Assembly (NCBI GenBank): GCA_963675755.2
Contig: CAXXMD010000003.1
Span: 3,040,001 to 3,104,000 of the forward strand
DNA length: 64,000 nucleotides
Reading direction: 5' to 3'
DNA from: a bacterium
Lineage (GTDB): Bacteria > Zhuqueibacterota > Zhuqueibacteria > Residuimicrobiales > Krinioviventaceae
The position numbers and the translations under genes were made by a program. The notes under the pieces are model-generated. The model was not told the DNA's origin. It made no database searches and saw only the letters and a list, made by a program, of their open reading frames with translations. Below are positions 9,025 through 19,428 of the stretch, in pieces; position 1 is the stretch's first letter, and each line of letters opens with the position of its first letter.

Positions 9025-12000
9025 TTATTTTTCATATTTCCAGATGAAATCAATACCCGTGGTTTTATCATCACCTTTTGTTGCCTGTATGAAAAAATGA
9101 CGATTCATTTCATATTCAAGCGATACCTGTTCAGATACCAACTCATGGGTTTGCCCGAGATTAAATCCTTGAATATAGCTCAAATACAGATCATTGGTTA
9201 TATATTTACCCAATACTATAGAGTTTTGACGCCAATTGTCGCTGCCTTGAAATTCAATCACATCCAGATTCAGTTTCTCCTGCAGCGAACGCGAGATAGG
9301 TGCTGTGAGACGTCTGGCAACCCAGTTTTCGAGAGATGCTGTTGACAAGAGACCGTCATTTTCCTGCAGCTGTTTTTTCTCTCCATATGATAGTTCGTTC
9401 GTGCTCCGTCCGAATAAAAGATAGGAAATTGCGTCCGCCTCTTCAATGGATTCGTCATCCATAAGAAATGCAATTTGCGGAGATTCCGCGTTACCGGTTA
9501 TATTGACATAGAGCTTTCTTTTCTCGCTATAAATATCCCGAAAAGTATGCAGAGCCGAAATATCAATTTCAGGATTAATTTTCTTTTTCCCTGTAAAATT
9601 AATCTCTCCGTTTTCTATCTGAAATCGTTTGCTATAGAGATTTATTGTTCCACGCAGGGTTTTTATAGTTCCAAAAAGAGTCATCTGTTTTCCGTTTGAA
9701 ACCAGATCTAAATTGCCGCCCAACTCAATATTCAAGTCATTATTGCTGATCCAAAAGTTTTTATCAAACCGGATAGAGACGGTTGATTTTAAATTGGATT
9801 CCAGTGTAGTGTTAGATTTAACGGTCAATGTATCTTTCTGACTGACGGTTTCCAAGAGTGCAGGGGAGGTGTTACCATTTTTGTTATTCTTTTGTAACAG
9901 TGGCAGGTAAATTCGCGATTGCAGAATATTTATATTTCCATTTAGCTCCGGTTCTGCATAGCTCCCTTGCAATAAAAGCTGCCCCGAAAATGTTAATCCC
10001 AATTTACTGCTTTTTGCCAGGGGATAATTCAAAGGTGTTATATGAATATTCAGGTCTTGCGGCTTAAAGTCAGGTGCCAGATTGAAATCACCATTTAGTC
10101 TGAAAATCCCATTGTCTTTTTTAGATTGAAAAGAATGGATTTGAACATAGTTACTGTCTATTTGTATGTCGCTGTTTAAATTGGGGATCTTGATTGCATA
10201 TTCCGGGATGTCTATTTGCGTTTGTAACAATTTTAAATATCCATCAAGAAAGGTATTGCCGGCTACTTGCTGATACTTGAGGTTAAATGACATATCACCC
10301 TGAATATTAGCAGCAGGAGAAACAAGTGCGTTGATCATGTTCATATTCATTTTATCGGTAGCAATTTCAACTTTTAAATCTTTATTTGCCAGTTGGGTTG
10401 CTTTATTATCATTAACAGGATCCGTATGTATTGCACCGGATACTGACAAGAGTTGTTCTGAATTGTTGATCAGACTTGAATTGATAGATAACAATCCTTC
10501 TTTGTATTGTATGGTTCCATTGAGTCTTTCCAGAGGTGTATTGTTGAAAACCGGAGATTCTATGGAAATACTGCCATCCAATACAGGTTTGGTTGAATTG
10601 CCTGTCAAATCCAGCTTTGAATACAAAAATCCCTTGTATTGCTTTTGGGGAAGATAGGGATTCAAAATCTTGTCAAGGTCGAGCCCCGAGATGTTTAATG
10701 ATAATAAATGATTACCGCTTTTGCCCATACTCCCGTCTATTGCAATAGATTGATTATTACTGGAAAGTTCAAAATCTGAAATATTGAATGCCGAGCTGCT
10801 ATAGCTTGTAGATGCTTGTCCTGTTAACTGCCATATTTGGTTCGCTTGCAATATGGCCAAACTATCAATGCTGGCGGTTAGCGAATCATTAAATTCCATG
10901 GTACCCAATAGATTTAAAGTTGTTGAATCATTCAATTGGATATAAAGATCATGGGCCAGTGATTTATCTTTAAATAAGAACTGAACATTTGTTGAATCAA
11001 TAGCTATTCCTGATAGTTGAGATTTTCCGGCATTTAAATATCCATTTACGAATAGATTGGCATTTTTTATATTGACGTCTGCATTTCCTGATAATGCAGC
11101 AACCGAGTTGCTATCCAGTTTTATGTTTTGCAGATTAATTTGATTTTCAATATTTAACGAATCCGGCTGGCCTGTAATAATACCTGTGATCTGGCCTTGT
11201 GAACTGGAGTGAAGGCCTGTTAATGCATAGAGATCCTGGGGGTATAATGAATAATTGAAAATCATATTTTGGGAGCGATCCAGTGCACCTGCCATATTAA
11301 ATTGTCCCAATGGGGATATTGCTGTCAAAGAGTCAATTTGAACGGATTGATCAATCTGTTCTCCATTTAACGAGATAGAATGAAACGGAATATCTCTGAT
11401 GGTAATAGAATCAGACTGGATGGCAAATTGGTTTGTAAAACCGTTTTGGCTCCATGTACCTGCATTGGTAAGTGAAAGCGAAATATCTGAAGATATCTCA
11501 GGTAAGAAACGGTCCAGCTGTAGGTTCTCTACTAGCCCTTTGAGCGTATAACGGATTGTATCTCCCAGCGTTGTTTCATTGCTTACATTCAAATCCGCAA
11601 TGTTGGATGTTCCCTGAACATTTACATCAATATTTTTTTGTTTTTTACTGCCCTTGATCAAAAGGTTTTTGATCTGATATGTGTTAAAACCCGAGTTGTT
11701 AAATTGTGCTAAAAGTAAAAGTTCGGAATTATTGATAGAAATATCTTTTCCTTGTACCTGAATGTTTCCATTAATGTTCGTTTTGGGTAAATTTAATGAA
11801 TCTGTCCAGCTTGTCAGGTTGATTTGTTTCAATTGTGTTTCTAATGTATATGAAAGGGGGGATGTATATGGAGATAATTTGCCAGAGAGTGTGATCGATT
11901 GTGAATTTCGAGTGATATCAGAACGGATTTGCATCTCGTTATCCTGGGAATCGACATATATATTTGCAAGCAGATTTCCATTTGGTGAAAGTACGGGGAA

Positions 12001-12801
12001 CCATTGTGAAGCTTTGTTGAGAGATAATGTCAGGTTCGGCATTGACAGTTTTAAAAGCTGGTTGTTTTCCAAATCATATAAAAGATCAGCATTCACTATT
12101 GAAGAGTCGGTTTTTGCATGCAGATCGTTAACGTGAATGAGAGAATCCATCATTGCAACATTGCAGGAAAATTGATCCAGTGATGTCTTGAATGCCGGGA
12201 TGTTAAATGTAAGAGAGCTGATAGTGGCATTAATATTTTTTTTTGATACAGCAATACCTGCTAGTAGCTCAAAATTTTTAATGGTTAGACAGTCTTGAGG
12301 CAGCAAATTAATGAATTGAAAATAACCACGGGCGATTTCAATATTAGGCGCTGAAACTTGAAATGGTAACGAGTTATTTCCGGATTCAGGTGTCAGGGTT
12401 GTATTCGTTTTGGCGATATTTTGCCAGTTGAGCTTGTTGTTTTCTTTTTCCAGATTTATATACAACGAATCAAAATGGATATTCTCTATCTGCAGCCTGT
12501 TTTTGGTTAGATCGAATAATTTATAGCTGATCTGTAATTGAGCCGTATATAGCAATGTGTCTGTGTTTGTTGAGATTCGGATTCCATCAAGAGCTATCTC
12601 TTTGAACAGATTCCCTCTAATTGCATCCACTTGAACAACCGCATTCAAACTCTTGTTTATTTTATTTAGAGCCAGGGTCTTTAGTTTATCTTTGAACCAC
12701 ACCGTCTGGCTCGATGCAATAATGATCATCAAGAGTAAAAAGATTATTCCGAGCGTAATAAGCAAGTAAGCCAGAATTTTTTTGATGATCTTAGAACGCA
12801 T
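9025..12801 (-). CDS. tamB: Translocation/assembly module TamB (AsmA-like) protein
   Basis: N-terminal membrane anchor, long beta-rich body, C-terminal TamB-like motifs (ISYLLFGR, LGKYITNDLYLSY, GIDFIWKYE). Start overlaps the stop of an Omp85 gene; ATG at 12801 preferred. Confidence 0.85.
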   Translation of the reverse strand: MRSKIIKKILAYLLITLGIIFLLLMIIIASSQTVWFKDKLKTLALNKINKSLNAVVQVDAIRGNLFKEIALDGIRISTNTDTLLYTAQLQISYKLFDLTKNRLQIENIHFDSLYINLEKENNKLNWQNIAKTNTTLTPESGNNSLPFQVSAPNIEIARGYFQFINLLPQDCLTIKNFELLAGIAVSKKNINATISSLTFNIPAFKTSLDQFSCNVAMMDSLIHVNDLHAKTDSSIVNADLLYDLENNQLLKLSMPNLTLSLNKASQWFPVLSPNGNLLANIYVDSQDNEMQIRSDITRNSQSITLSGKLSPYTSPLSYTLETQLKQINLTSWTDSLNLPKTNINGNIQVQGKDISINNSELLLLAQFNNSGFNTYQIKNLLIKGSKKQKNIDVNVQGTSNIADLNVSNETTLGDTIRYTLKGLVENLQLDRFLPEISSDISLSLTNAGTWSQNGFTNQFAIQSDSITIRDIPFHSISLNGEQIDQSVQIDSLTAISPLGQFNMAGALDRSQNMIFNYSLYPQDLYALTGLHSSSQGQITGIITGQPDSLNIENQINLQNIKLDSNSVAALSGNADVNIKNANLFVNGYLNAGKSQLSGIAIDSTNVQFLFKDKSLAHDLYIQLNDSTTLNLLGTMEFNDSLTASIDSLAILQANQIWQLTGQASTSYSSSAFNISDFELSSNNQSIAIDGSMGKSGNHLLSLNISGLDLDKILNPYLPQKQYKGFLYSKLDLTGNSTKPVLDGSISIESPVFNNTPLERLNGTIQYKEGLLSINSSLINNSEQLLSVSGAIHTDPVNDNKATQLANKDLKVEIATDKMNMNMINALVSPAANIQGDMSFNLKYQQVAGNTFLDGYLKLLQTQIDIPEYAIKIPNLNSDIQIDSNYVQIHSFQSKKDNGIFRLNGDFNLAPDFKPQDLNIHITPLNYPLAKSSKLGLTFSGQLLLQGSYAEPELNGNINILQSRIYLPLLQKNNKNGNTSPALLETVSQKDTLTVKSNTTLESNLKSTVSIRFDKNFWISNNDLNIELGGNLDLVSNGKQMTLFGTIKTLRGTINLYSKRFQIENGEINFTGKKKINPEIDISALHTFRDIYSEKRKLYVNITGNAESPQIAFLMDDESIEEADAISYLLFGRSTNELSYGEKKQLQENDGLLSTASLENWVARRLTAPISRSLQEKLNLDVIEFQGSDNWRQNSIVLGKYITNDLYLSYIQGFNLGQTHELVSEQVSLEYEMNRHFFIQATKGDDKTTGIDFIWKYEK

Positions 12802-14593
12802 GGCCAACACTCAGATGATATTCAAATGTCGTTTTGTCATCAAATATTGGAGATGCAACATCAAACCGGATGGGGCCAATAGGCGTATGCAGACGTATTC
12901 CCAGACCAGGAGAATAATGCAGATCGTTTATATCAAAGTAGAGGCTGGAAGTCCAAACGTTTCCAAAATCCATGAAAATGACCCCCGAAAGTCTGCTCCA
13001 AACCGGGAAACGCAGTTCTATGCTGTTTTCGACATAACTGTTACCACCTAAAGGTTTTCCCTGGGTGCTTTTGGGGCCCAACTCTGATCTGGCCCACCCA
13101 CGGACTGAACTGCTTCCTCCAATAAAGAAACGTTCTTCAATAGGGGCAATGCTGTTTTGCCAGGTTTCAATGACGCCCCATTTTGTTTTAATGGCCAGTA
13201 CTGTAGATTCTGTTATTTCTCTGAAAAAATGGGCTTCAGCCAGAAAACGGTGATAGTGAAAAGAGCTGTTAAAACCTAATCCTGATATTGTATAGGTTGC
13301 AGATAAATAAGAACCAGAATTTGGAGTGAACAACGGAAAAGAAGTGTCACGTGTAATACCCAGGGTTACTCCACTTTTATTATACAAGGAGATATCCCGG
13401 TTTGCCAGTAACTCTTCTTTGGTTAAAGAATTTGTAAAAAGCTTTGCCTGTTCCAGTGAATAATTCATAAATATATCAATATCTGATGAAACATTCTTGT
13501 GAATACTGCTGCTAATACCTGTACGTCTGATGCGGTATGCGGGTTCCCTTTCTTTTCTGATAAACGGTTCAATAGTCAGTGATGTTCTTTTCCAAACGAA
13601 TGCCGGGTGTACCCATTTGAGATTAAGGTTATATGGCTCAAGATAAGAGTGTTTTGCGTTCAATGTTATGCGCCTCACGCTGCCCAGAAAACCAATTTTT
13701 CTTACTTCGGCAAAAAGACGAACCTGATCTTCTTTACCATAACCAATACCTGTTTTGGTACGAAAGCGTGCGGATTCTTTAACGTTAATGGAAACAGGAA
13801 TTTGATTGTTTGTAGTTGAATCGAGCAGGGCATTTACTGATACATATTGAAATACTCCAAGCTCATATACTTGCTGTTGAGATTGTCCCAGCTCGTTTTG
13901 TGAGAATTTATCACCACTGCTGAAAGAGATCTGCTTTTTTATATATTGTGAAGGGATTTTTTCACTTTTAACTGTAATGTTGCCAAAAAAACTTTTAGCA
14001 CCTGTATTAATGTTAAAAACAACTTTAACAAGATTATCTTGCACCAATAATTTGGGATCAACGGAAACAAATGGGAACCCATTGTTTACATAATATGAAT
14101 TGATTAGTAGCAGGTCTTTTTTATAGTGATTGTCGGTAAAGCGTTTCCCTTTGATCAGGCTGATTTGTTTTTGTATATCCTGAGGAAGAGAAATGCTTGA
14201 ATCTTGAGTTGAACTAAAGTTGAATAAGACATTTGAAATGATAATGGGCTGGTTTTCATTGATCTTTATATTTATAGAAACACTATTATCTATTTTGGTT
14301 TCTGCATTGACATCAACGTTAAGGAAACCTTCTTTTTTGTAAAAGTCTTTAATGCTTGCTATATCGTTCTGTAATAATGTTTCATCAAAAGGGAGAAGGT
14401 CTCTCCAAAAGAACAGTCTTTTAAACGTTCCCCGTTCTTTTAATTGCATCTGATTTTTGATCTGCCCCGATGAAAATGTTTCGTTCCCTGAAATATTGAT
14501 TTCTTTGACAGGATATTGAGCAAAGGCTATAACTGGATAAAGTAATACCAGCAGAATAGCGATCCTGAATAGTTTGGAAAACATGGATTCCAT
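12791..14593 (-). CDS. tamA: Omp85 family outer-membrane protein (TamA/BamA-like, POTRA domains plus barrel)
   Basis: POTRA-like ISGNETFS...I..FY...GF segment, FFIGGSSSVRGW (VRGF-type loop), TPIGPIRFD, C-terminal F. Start moved to MESMFSK, just ahead of the signal peptide. Confidence 0.85.
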   Translation of the reverse strand: MESMFSKLFRIAILLVLLYPVIAFAQYPVKEINISGNETFSSGQIKNQMQLKERGTFKRLFFWRDLLPFDETLLQNDIASIKDFYKKEGFLNVDVNAETKIDNSVSINIKINENQPIIISNVLFNFSSTQDSSISLPQDIQKQISLIKGKRFTDNHYKKDLLLINSYYVNNGFPFVSVDPKLLVQDNLVKVVFNINTGAKSFFGNITVKSEKIPSQYIKKQISFSSGDKFSQNELGQSQQQVYELGVFQYVSVNALLDSTTNNQIPVSINVKESARFRTKTGIGYGKEDQVRLFAEVRKIGFLGSVRRITLNAKHSYLEPYNLNLKWVHPAFVWKRTSLTIEPFIRKEREPAYRIRRTGISSSIHKNVSSDIDIFMNYSLEQAKLFTNSLTKEELLANRDISLYNKSGVTLGITRDTSFPLFTPNSGSYLSATYTISGLGFNSSFHYHRFLAEAHFFREITESTVLAIKTKWGVIETWQNSIAPIEERFFIGGSSSVRGWARSELGPKSTQGKPLGGNSYVENSIELRFPVWSRLSGVIFMDFGNVWTSSLYFDINDLHYSPGLGIRLHTPIGPIRFDVASPIFDDKTTFEYHLSVGHAF

Positions 14594-14604
14594 CAAATTT
14601 CTGG

Positions 14605-15489
14605 TTATTGCCCCGTTGTTCCGGTAAAAGGAACCGGCAGGGGAGAGCGAACGTGCAAATCTCTTTGCGGAAAAGGAATTTCTATCTGATGCTCTCTGAA
14701 TTTTCGTACAATGTCGCAATTGATATCCGATCTTACATAATAATGTCGTTTGGGATCCTTGATCCATACACGCAGCATAAGGTTCCATGAAGAATCTCCA
14801 AACTCCATAAACAACACTTCGGGGGCAGGAAATTTCAATACTTCATCATTTTCTTCTGCTACTTGTTTAAGAACCGATAAAACCAGGTCAAGATCGGAAT
14901 TGTACGATACGCCAATATTCAAATCAAGCCTGACTTTTGGGTCACCATGTGACCAGTTGACAACATTTGACGAAATGAATTCAGTATTGGGGACGATATA
15001 AGAGATGTTGTTGAGTGAGCGAATGGTTGTAGATCGAATATTTATTTCCGTTACATCACCTTCTGTGTCTCCAACAGTTATCCGGTCACCCACTTTGATT
15101 GGTTGTTCAAATAATAATATAAGTCCTGATATAAAATTAGAGGTTATGTTTTGTAAACCAAAACCAATACCAACAGATAACAAACCAAATATGACAGCCA
15201 ATCCGCTAAGATTGATGCCAATACTGTTAAATGCAAAGACAGCGCCTATAATGACAAGTATGTATTCGAATATACGCATCATCACATAGCGTTTTCCTTC
15301 CTGAATGTGAAACCGGGAAAGAACTTTATCCGAAAACCAGCGTGTGGTTGTTTTGGAAAGGTATAAGAATATCCCAAATATCAGAATAAATTTAACAAGA
15401 GAACTGAGGGAGATTTTTGTATCACCCAATGAGAATAGTACAAAGTTTAAAACATCATTGAATTTTTGTAAAATATCGCCCAAACTCAT
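14605..15489 (-). CDS. mscS: Small-conductance mechanosensitive channel (MscS family)
   Basis: GIGFGLQNITSNFISGLILLFEQPIKVGD, IVPN, IEIPFPQRDLH. Confidence 0.92.
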   Translation of the reverse strand: MSLGDILQKFNDVLNFVLFSLGDTKISLSSLVKFILIFGIFLYLSKTTTRWFSDKVLSRFHIQEGKRYVMMRIFEYILVIIGAVFAFNSIGINLSGLAVIFGLLSVGIGFGLQNITSNFISGLILLFEQPIKVGDRITVGDTEGDVTEINIRSTTIRSLNNISYIVPNTEFISSNVVNWSHGDPKVRLDLNIGVSYNSDLDLVLSVLKQVAEENDEVLKFPAPEVLFMEFGDSSWNLMLRVWIKDPKRHYYVRSDINCDIVRKFREHQIEIPFPQRDLHVRSPLPVPFTGTTGQ

Positions 15490-15548
15490 GAATGAACTCC
15501 TCTTTTAGTAATCATTAGATGTTGACCATCTATCTTTTGAAAAATAAC

Positions 15549-15577
15549 TTGACTTTTCCAAATGAATTTGATATTAT
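15549..15577 (+). promoter_or_regulatory. Sigma70-type promoter of tRNA-Gly
   Basis: TTGACT-17 bp-TATTAT, ending 10 bp before the tRNA. Confidence 0.7.
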
Positions 15578-15587
15578 TGGTCTCGCT

Positions 15588-15659
15588 GCGGGAGTAATTC
15601 AGCGGTAGAATGCAAGCTTCCCAAGCTTGACGTTGCGGGTTCGACTCCCGTCTCCCGCT
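15588..15659 (+). tRNA. tRNA-Gly (anticodon CCC), CCA not encoded
   Basis: Acceptor stem GCGGGAG/CTCCCGC, D arm ATTC-AGCGGTA-GAAT, anticodon arm CAAGC-TTCCCAA-GCTTG, T arm GCGGG-TTCGACT-CCCGT, discriminator T. Confidence 0.97.
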
Positions 15660-15667
15660 CAAAAGAG

Positions 15668-15705
15668 AAAACGCCTTTTGCTATAATTGCAAAAGGCGTT
15701 TTTTT
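15668..15705. terminator. Bidirectional terminator between the tRNA and ackA
   Basis: AAAACGCCTTTTGC-loop-GCAAAAGGCGTTTTTTT. Confidence 0.9.
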
Positions 15706-15712
15706 GTATAAA

Positions 15713-16906
15713 TTATGCAGCTTGCAAGATTTTCATTGTATCTCTAGCGATCGCCAATTCTTCATTGGTTGGTATAACCAGTACCCGTGTTGAACCTGTT
15801 CCTAAATCAAAATCATTGTTTTCGTTTTTATCAGGATCAAAGCTGATACCAAAATGTTCCATGTTTGACAGAATAATGTTACGGCAATAGGGTGATCGCT
15901 CTCCAATTCCTGCAGTAAAGACCAACGCATCCAAACCACCTAGAATTGCATAATATGCACCAATATATTTTTTAATTCTGTGACAAAAAATCTCTAATGC
16001 GAGTATATATTTTTCTATTCCGGCCATTGCTTCATCTTCAATATCACGAAAATCGCTCATACCTTCTGTAAGTCCCAGCATACCGCTCTTTTTGTTCAAC
16101 AGGTTATCTACCTGTTCAACAGACATATTCTTCAATGTAGCAATATACAAAACAAGTGCAGGATCAATATCACCACAGCGGGTACCCATAACCAATCCTT
16201 CAAGTGGGGTAAAACCCATGCTGGTTTCTACAGATTTACCGCCATCAATAGCTGTTACACTTGCTCCATTACCCAGGTGGCATGAAATGATCTTCATATC
16301 TTCAAGCGGTTTACCTACATATTCGGCAGCCTGGTTCGCTACAAAATTATGAGAGGTTCCGTGAAATCCATATCGTCTGATTTTGTCATATTTATAATAA
16401 TCCAGGGGTAGAGCATACATGTGAGCTTTGGGTGGTATAGAGTTGTGAAATGCAGTATCAAATACGCCTACCTGAGGTACACCAGACAGCTGTTCTTCAC
16501 AAACTTCAATCCCTTTAAGATTGTGTGGATTGTGCAAAGGTGCAAATTGGATACATCTTCTAACACCTTCTTTAACATTGTTATCAATGCGAACGGATTT
16601 GACAAATTCTTCACCACCATGTACGATACGGTGACCTATTCCTGAAATTTCGGATTGATCTTTGATTACTCCGTTTTCAGGATCCATTAATGTTTTAATA
16701 ACCAATCCAATAGCCACACTGTGGTCAGCAATTTCACGTGTATCTGTAATATTTTTTTTGCCTTCTACAGCGGGTTTATATTTCAGAATGGCGTCTTTGG
16801 CACCTATACGCTCAACCTGACCCTTTGCGACAACGCTTTCATCACTCATATCAATCAATTGATATTTTATAGAAGAGCTGCCGCAGTTTAGAACTAAAAT
16901 GTTCAT
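15713..16906 (-). CDS. ackA: Acetate kinase
   Basis: ILVLNCGSSSIKYQL, GHRIVHGG, APLHNP, FDTAFH, RRYGFHGTSH, HLGNGAS, TNEE. ATG at 16906 follows GGAG. Confidence 0.96.
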   Translation of the reverse strand: MNILVLNCGSSSIKYQLIDMSDESVVAKGQVERIGAKDAILKYKPAVEGKKNITDTREIADHSVAIGLVIKTLMDPENGVIKDQSEISGIGHRIVHGGEEFVKSVRIDNNVKEGVRRCIQFAPLHNPHNLKGIEVCEEQLSGVPQVGVFDTAFHNSIPPKAHMYALPLDYYKYDKIRRYGFHGTSHNFVANQAAEYVGKPLEDMKIISCHLGNGASVTAIDGGKSVETSMGFTPLEGLVMGTRCGDIDPALVLYIATLKNMSVEQVDNLLNKKSGMLGLTEGMSDFRDIEDEAMAGIEKYILALEIFCHRIKKYIGAYYAILGGLDALVFTAGIGERSPYCRNIILSNMEHFGISFDPDKNENNDFDLGTGSTRVLVIPTNEELAIARDTMKILQAA

Positions 16907-17117
16907 CAATAACTCCAAATCTTTTATCGCTATAAGAATATTATAATTAATAAATAATTTAAATGAAATTTAGCAAAAATTTGTAAAATATCAAGTAAAG
17001 TTTTTTTACTGTTTTTATTAAACATGAGCGGAATTTAAAAAACAATTTGTAATCTATTTTCATTATTATTAAATTCATTGGAAATCTATAAACATTCACT
17101 AACTGGTTGTTTTTCTT

Positions 17118-17756
17118 ATGAAAGTACTGATTGCTGAAGATGACGATGTTTCAAGACGTATTTTGGAATACTGGCTCAAAAAATGGGGTTATGAAGTATT
17201 AATTGCCCACAATGGAAAACAGGCATGGGATGTTTTGAATCAGGATGATGCTCCTAGGTTGGCAATATTAGACTGGGTTATGCCTGAAATGGATGGGTTG
17301 GAAGTATGTAAAAAGGTCCGAGAAAAGTGGGATGAAGGTTATATTTATATTATTATTCTGACTTCCAAAGAGAGCAAACAGGACATCATTCAAGCTTTGA
17401 ATTCAGGTGCTGATGATTTTATCCAAAAACCCTATTATCAGGGTGAACTTCAAAGTAGAATAAACGCTGGGCGTAGAATTATCGAATTGCAGCTGGCATT
17501 GTCTGCAAAAATACAGAGTCTTGAAGAAGCGTTAAATCATGTCCGGCAATTACAGGGATTGTTGCCTATTTGTTCGTATTGTAAAAAAGTAAGAGATGAT
17601 AATAACTATTGGCACCAGGTGGAAGAATATATAACCCATCATTCCGATGCTAAATTTAGTCATGGTATTTGTCCTGATTGTTATGAACAATATGTAAAGC
17701 AGGATCTAAAAGAGTTACGAGAAGAAAAATCCAGGCAAAAACTAGCTAAAGAATAA
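17118..17756 (+). CDS. Response regulator with C-terminal Cys/His metal-binding domain
   Basis: REC motifs (IAEDD, LDWVMPEMDG, KP). C-terminal LPICSYCKKVRDD...SHGICPDC. Confidence 0.9.
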   Translation: MKVLIAEDDDVSRRILEYWLKKWGYEVLIAHNGKQAWDVLNQDDAPRLAILDWVMPEMDGLEVCKKVREKWDEGYIYIIILTSKESKQDIIQALNSGADDFIQKPYYQGELQSRINAGRRIIELQLALSAKIQSLEEALNHVRQLQGLLPICSYCKKVRDDNNYWHQVEEYITHHSDAKFSHGICPDCYEQYVKQDLKELREEKSRQKLAKE

Positions 17757-17802
17757 CACCCCTCTTTTCGTTTTCCAATTGATTTGATAAAGAAGGAGTA
17801 TT

Positions 17803-19401
17803 TTGGTGAAATTATTATATAATTTTATATTGACTATATTTATTACCTTGCCGGCTTTTGCGCAGGTTGCAGAAAAACCGGACTGGGTAGCAGGCAGACC
17901 AGATGGCTGCACATCTATAACAGTTGGACGTAAAGCATCTGATGGGGGATGGGTTTCAACTTCACACACGTGTGACAGTCACCGTACCCGTTCTTGGTTG
18001 GATATTACACCAGCCAAAGCTCATGTGTCTGGAACCAAAGTAGATATGTTAAAACGTGAAAATGATGATTCCAGGGCAATGCCCACTTATAAAAAAGTTA
18101 AAGTAGGTTCCATACCTCAGGTAGATTCCACCTATTCATTTATCAATACTGCATATCCCTGCATGAATGAATATCAATTGGCAATTGGAGAGTCAACTTT
18201 TGGTGGTCGAGAGACATTACAATCAGATAATGGATTGATTGATTGTCAGCAATTGGTGCAATTGATGCTTGAACGCTGCAAAACTGCTAGACAGGCAATC
18301 AATATGACTGGTAACCTGCTTGCATTGTATGGATGGAATGATGCAGGTGAGTGTCTTACTATTGCAGATACCAAAGAAGTTTGGCATCTTGAAATTGTAG
18401 GGCCTGGTAAAGGTAACAGAGGAGCCGTTTGGGTAGCACAGCGCGTACCGGATGACCATATATCTGTTAACGCAAACGCAAGCCGTATCCGAAAGGTTAA
18501 TGTAAAGGATACCAATTATTTTTTAGCGTCATCCAATCTTACCAAAGTTGCTCAAGATAGTGGATGGTGGAACCCCAGTCAGGGCGAGTTTGAATTTTGT
18601 TACGCCTATGATCCTGATGGTCGACGTTCAATTGCTGCCAGACGTCGTGAATGGCGGGTGTTGACTATGGCTGCTCCTTCTTTGGATGTTGATCCGAATG
18701 ATAAAGATTTCCCCTTTTCTGTCAAGCCCGATTCGCTCATTACTTTACAAAAATTGGTAGAGATATTTCGGGATTATTATGAAGGCACAGAATATAATTT
18801 TGTTAAAAATATAACCCAGGCAGATTCTACCGGTAAACAGGTGATATCACCTTTTGCCAATCCATTTATGCCTTATGAAATGAATAAACTTTTCAACGTC
18901 AATGGCGGGTGGAATGAATTGGGAGAACGTACTATTGCTCGCTGGTACACGATGTATGCAACTATAACCCAATCCCGGGACTGGATGCCGGATGAAATAG
19001 GCGGCGTTGTGTGGTTGGCCTTTGATAATGTTGCCTCGTCAATATATACACCTATTTATTGCGGCAATAGTGATGTACCAAAATCTTTTAAAACCCCAGG
19101 ACGGCAGAATGGATATACACGGGATTCTGCGTGGTGGGCGTTTAATCGCCTTGGAACGCTTGCCGCTCAGCGCTGGGGTGATATGCGTCATGATGTTGCG
19201 AATGTCTGGTACCCCATGCAGGAAGAGTTGTTTGATAAACAGCAACAGCTTGAAATAGAGGCCCTGTTATTATTTGATCAGGATCCTCAAAAAGCCATTA
19301 ATATGTTAAACAAGTATAGTATGGATTGGGGAAACAAGGTAGTTGATCGTTGCTGGAAACTGGGTGACGAACTGTGGACAAAATATGATGAAAAATTTTA
19401 A
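17803..19401 (+). CDS. Secreted C69-family dipeptidase (Ntn hydrolase)
   Basis: Signal peptide, then the nucleophile motif CTSITVGRKAS; MNEYQLAIGEST; WVAQRVPDDH; SAWWAF. Confidence 0.88.
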   Translation: MVKLLYNFILTIFITLPAFAQVAEKPDWVAGRPDGCTSITVGRKASDGGWVSTSHTCDSHRTRSWLDITPAKAHVSGTKVDMLKRENDDSRAMPTYKKVKVGSIPQVDSTYSFINTAYPCMNEYQLAIGESTFGGRETLQSDNGLIDCQQLVQLMLERCKTARQAINMTGNLLALYGWNDAGECLTIADTKEVWHLEIVGPGKGNRGAVWVAQRVPDDHISVNANASRIRKVNVKDTNYFLASSNLTKVAQDSGWWNPSQGEFEFCYAYDPDGRRSIAARRREWRVLTMAAPSLDVDPNDKDFPFSVKPDSLITLQKLVEIFRDYYEGTEYNFVKNITQADSTGKQVISPFANPFMPYEMNKLFNVNGGWNELGERTIARWYTMYATITQSRDWMPDEIGGVVWLAFDNVASSIYTPIYCGNSDVPKSFKTPGRQNGYTRDSAWWAFNRLGTLAAQRWGDMRHDVANVWYPMQEELFDKQQQLEIEALLLFDQDPQKAINMLNKYSMDWGNKVVDRCWKLGDELWTKYDEKF

Positions 19402-19428
19402 GCCGGAATTAAATTCCGGCTTTTTTTT
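19400..19428 (+). terminator. Intrinsic terminator
   Basis: AAGCCGGAAT-TAA-ATTCCGGCTT followed by a T tract. Confidence 0.85.

Noticed and set aside
14594-14788. N-terminal extension of tamA overlapping mscS
   Set aside because: The signal peptide begins at MESMFSK/MFSK; the extension is just open frame inside mscS.
15588-15705. tRNA-Gly as an integration site for an island
   Set aside because: It is followed directly by its terminator and ackA. I saw no integrase and no duplicated tRNA 3' end.
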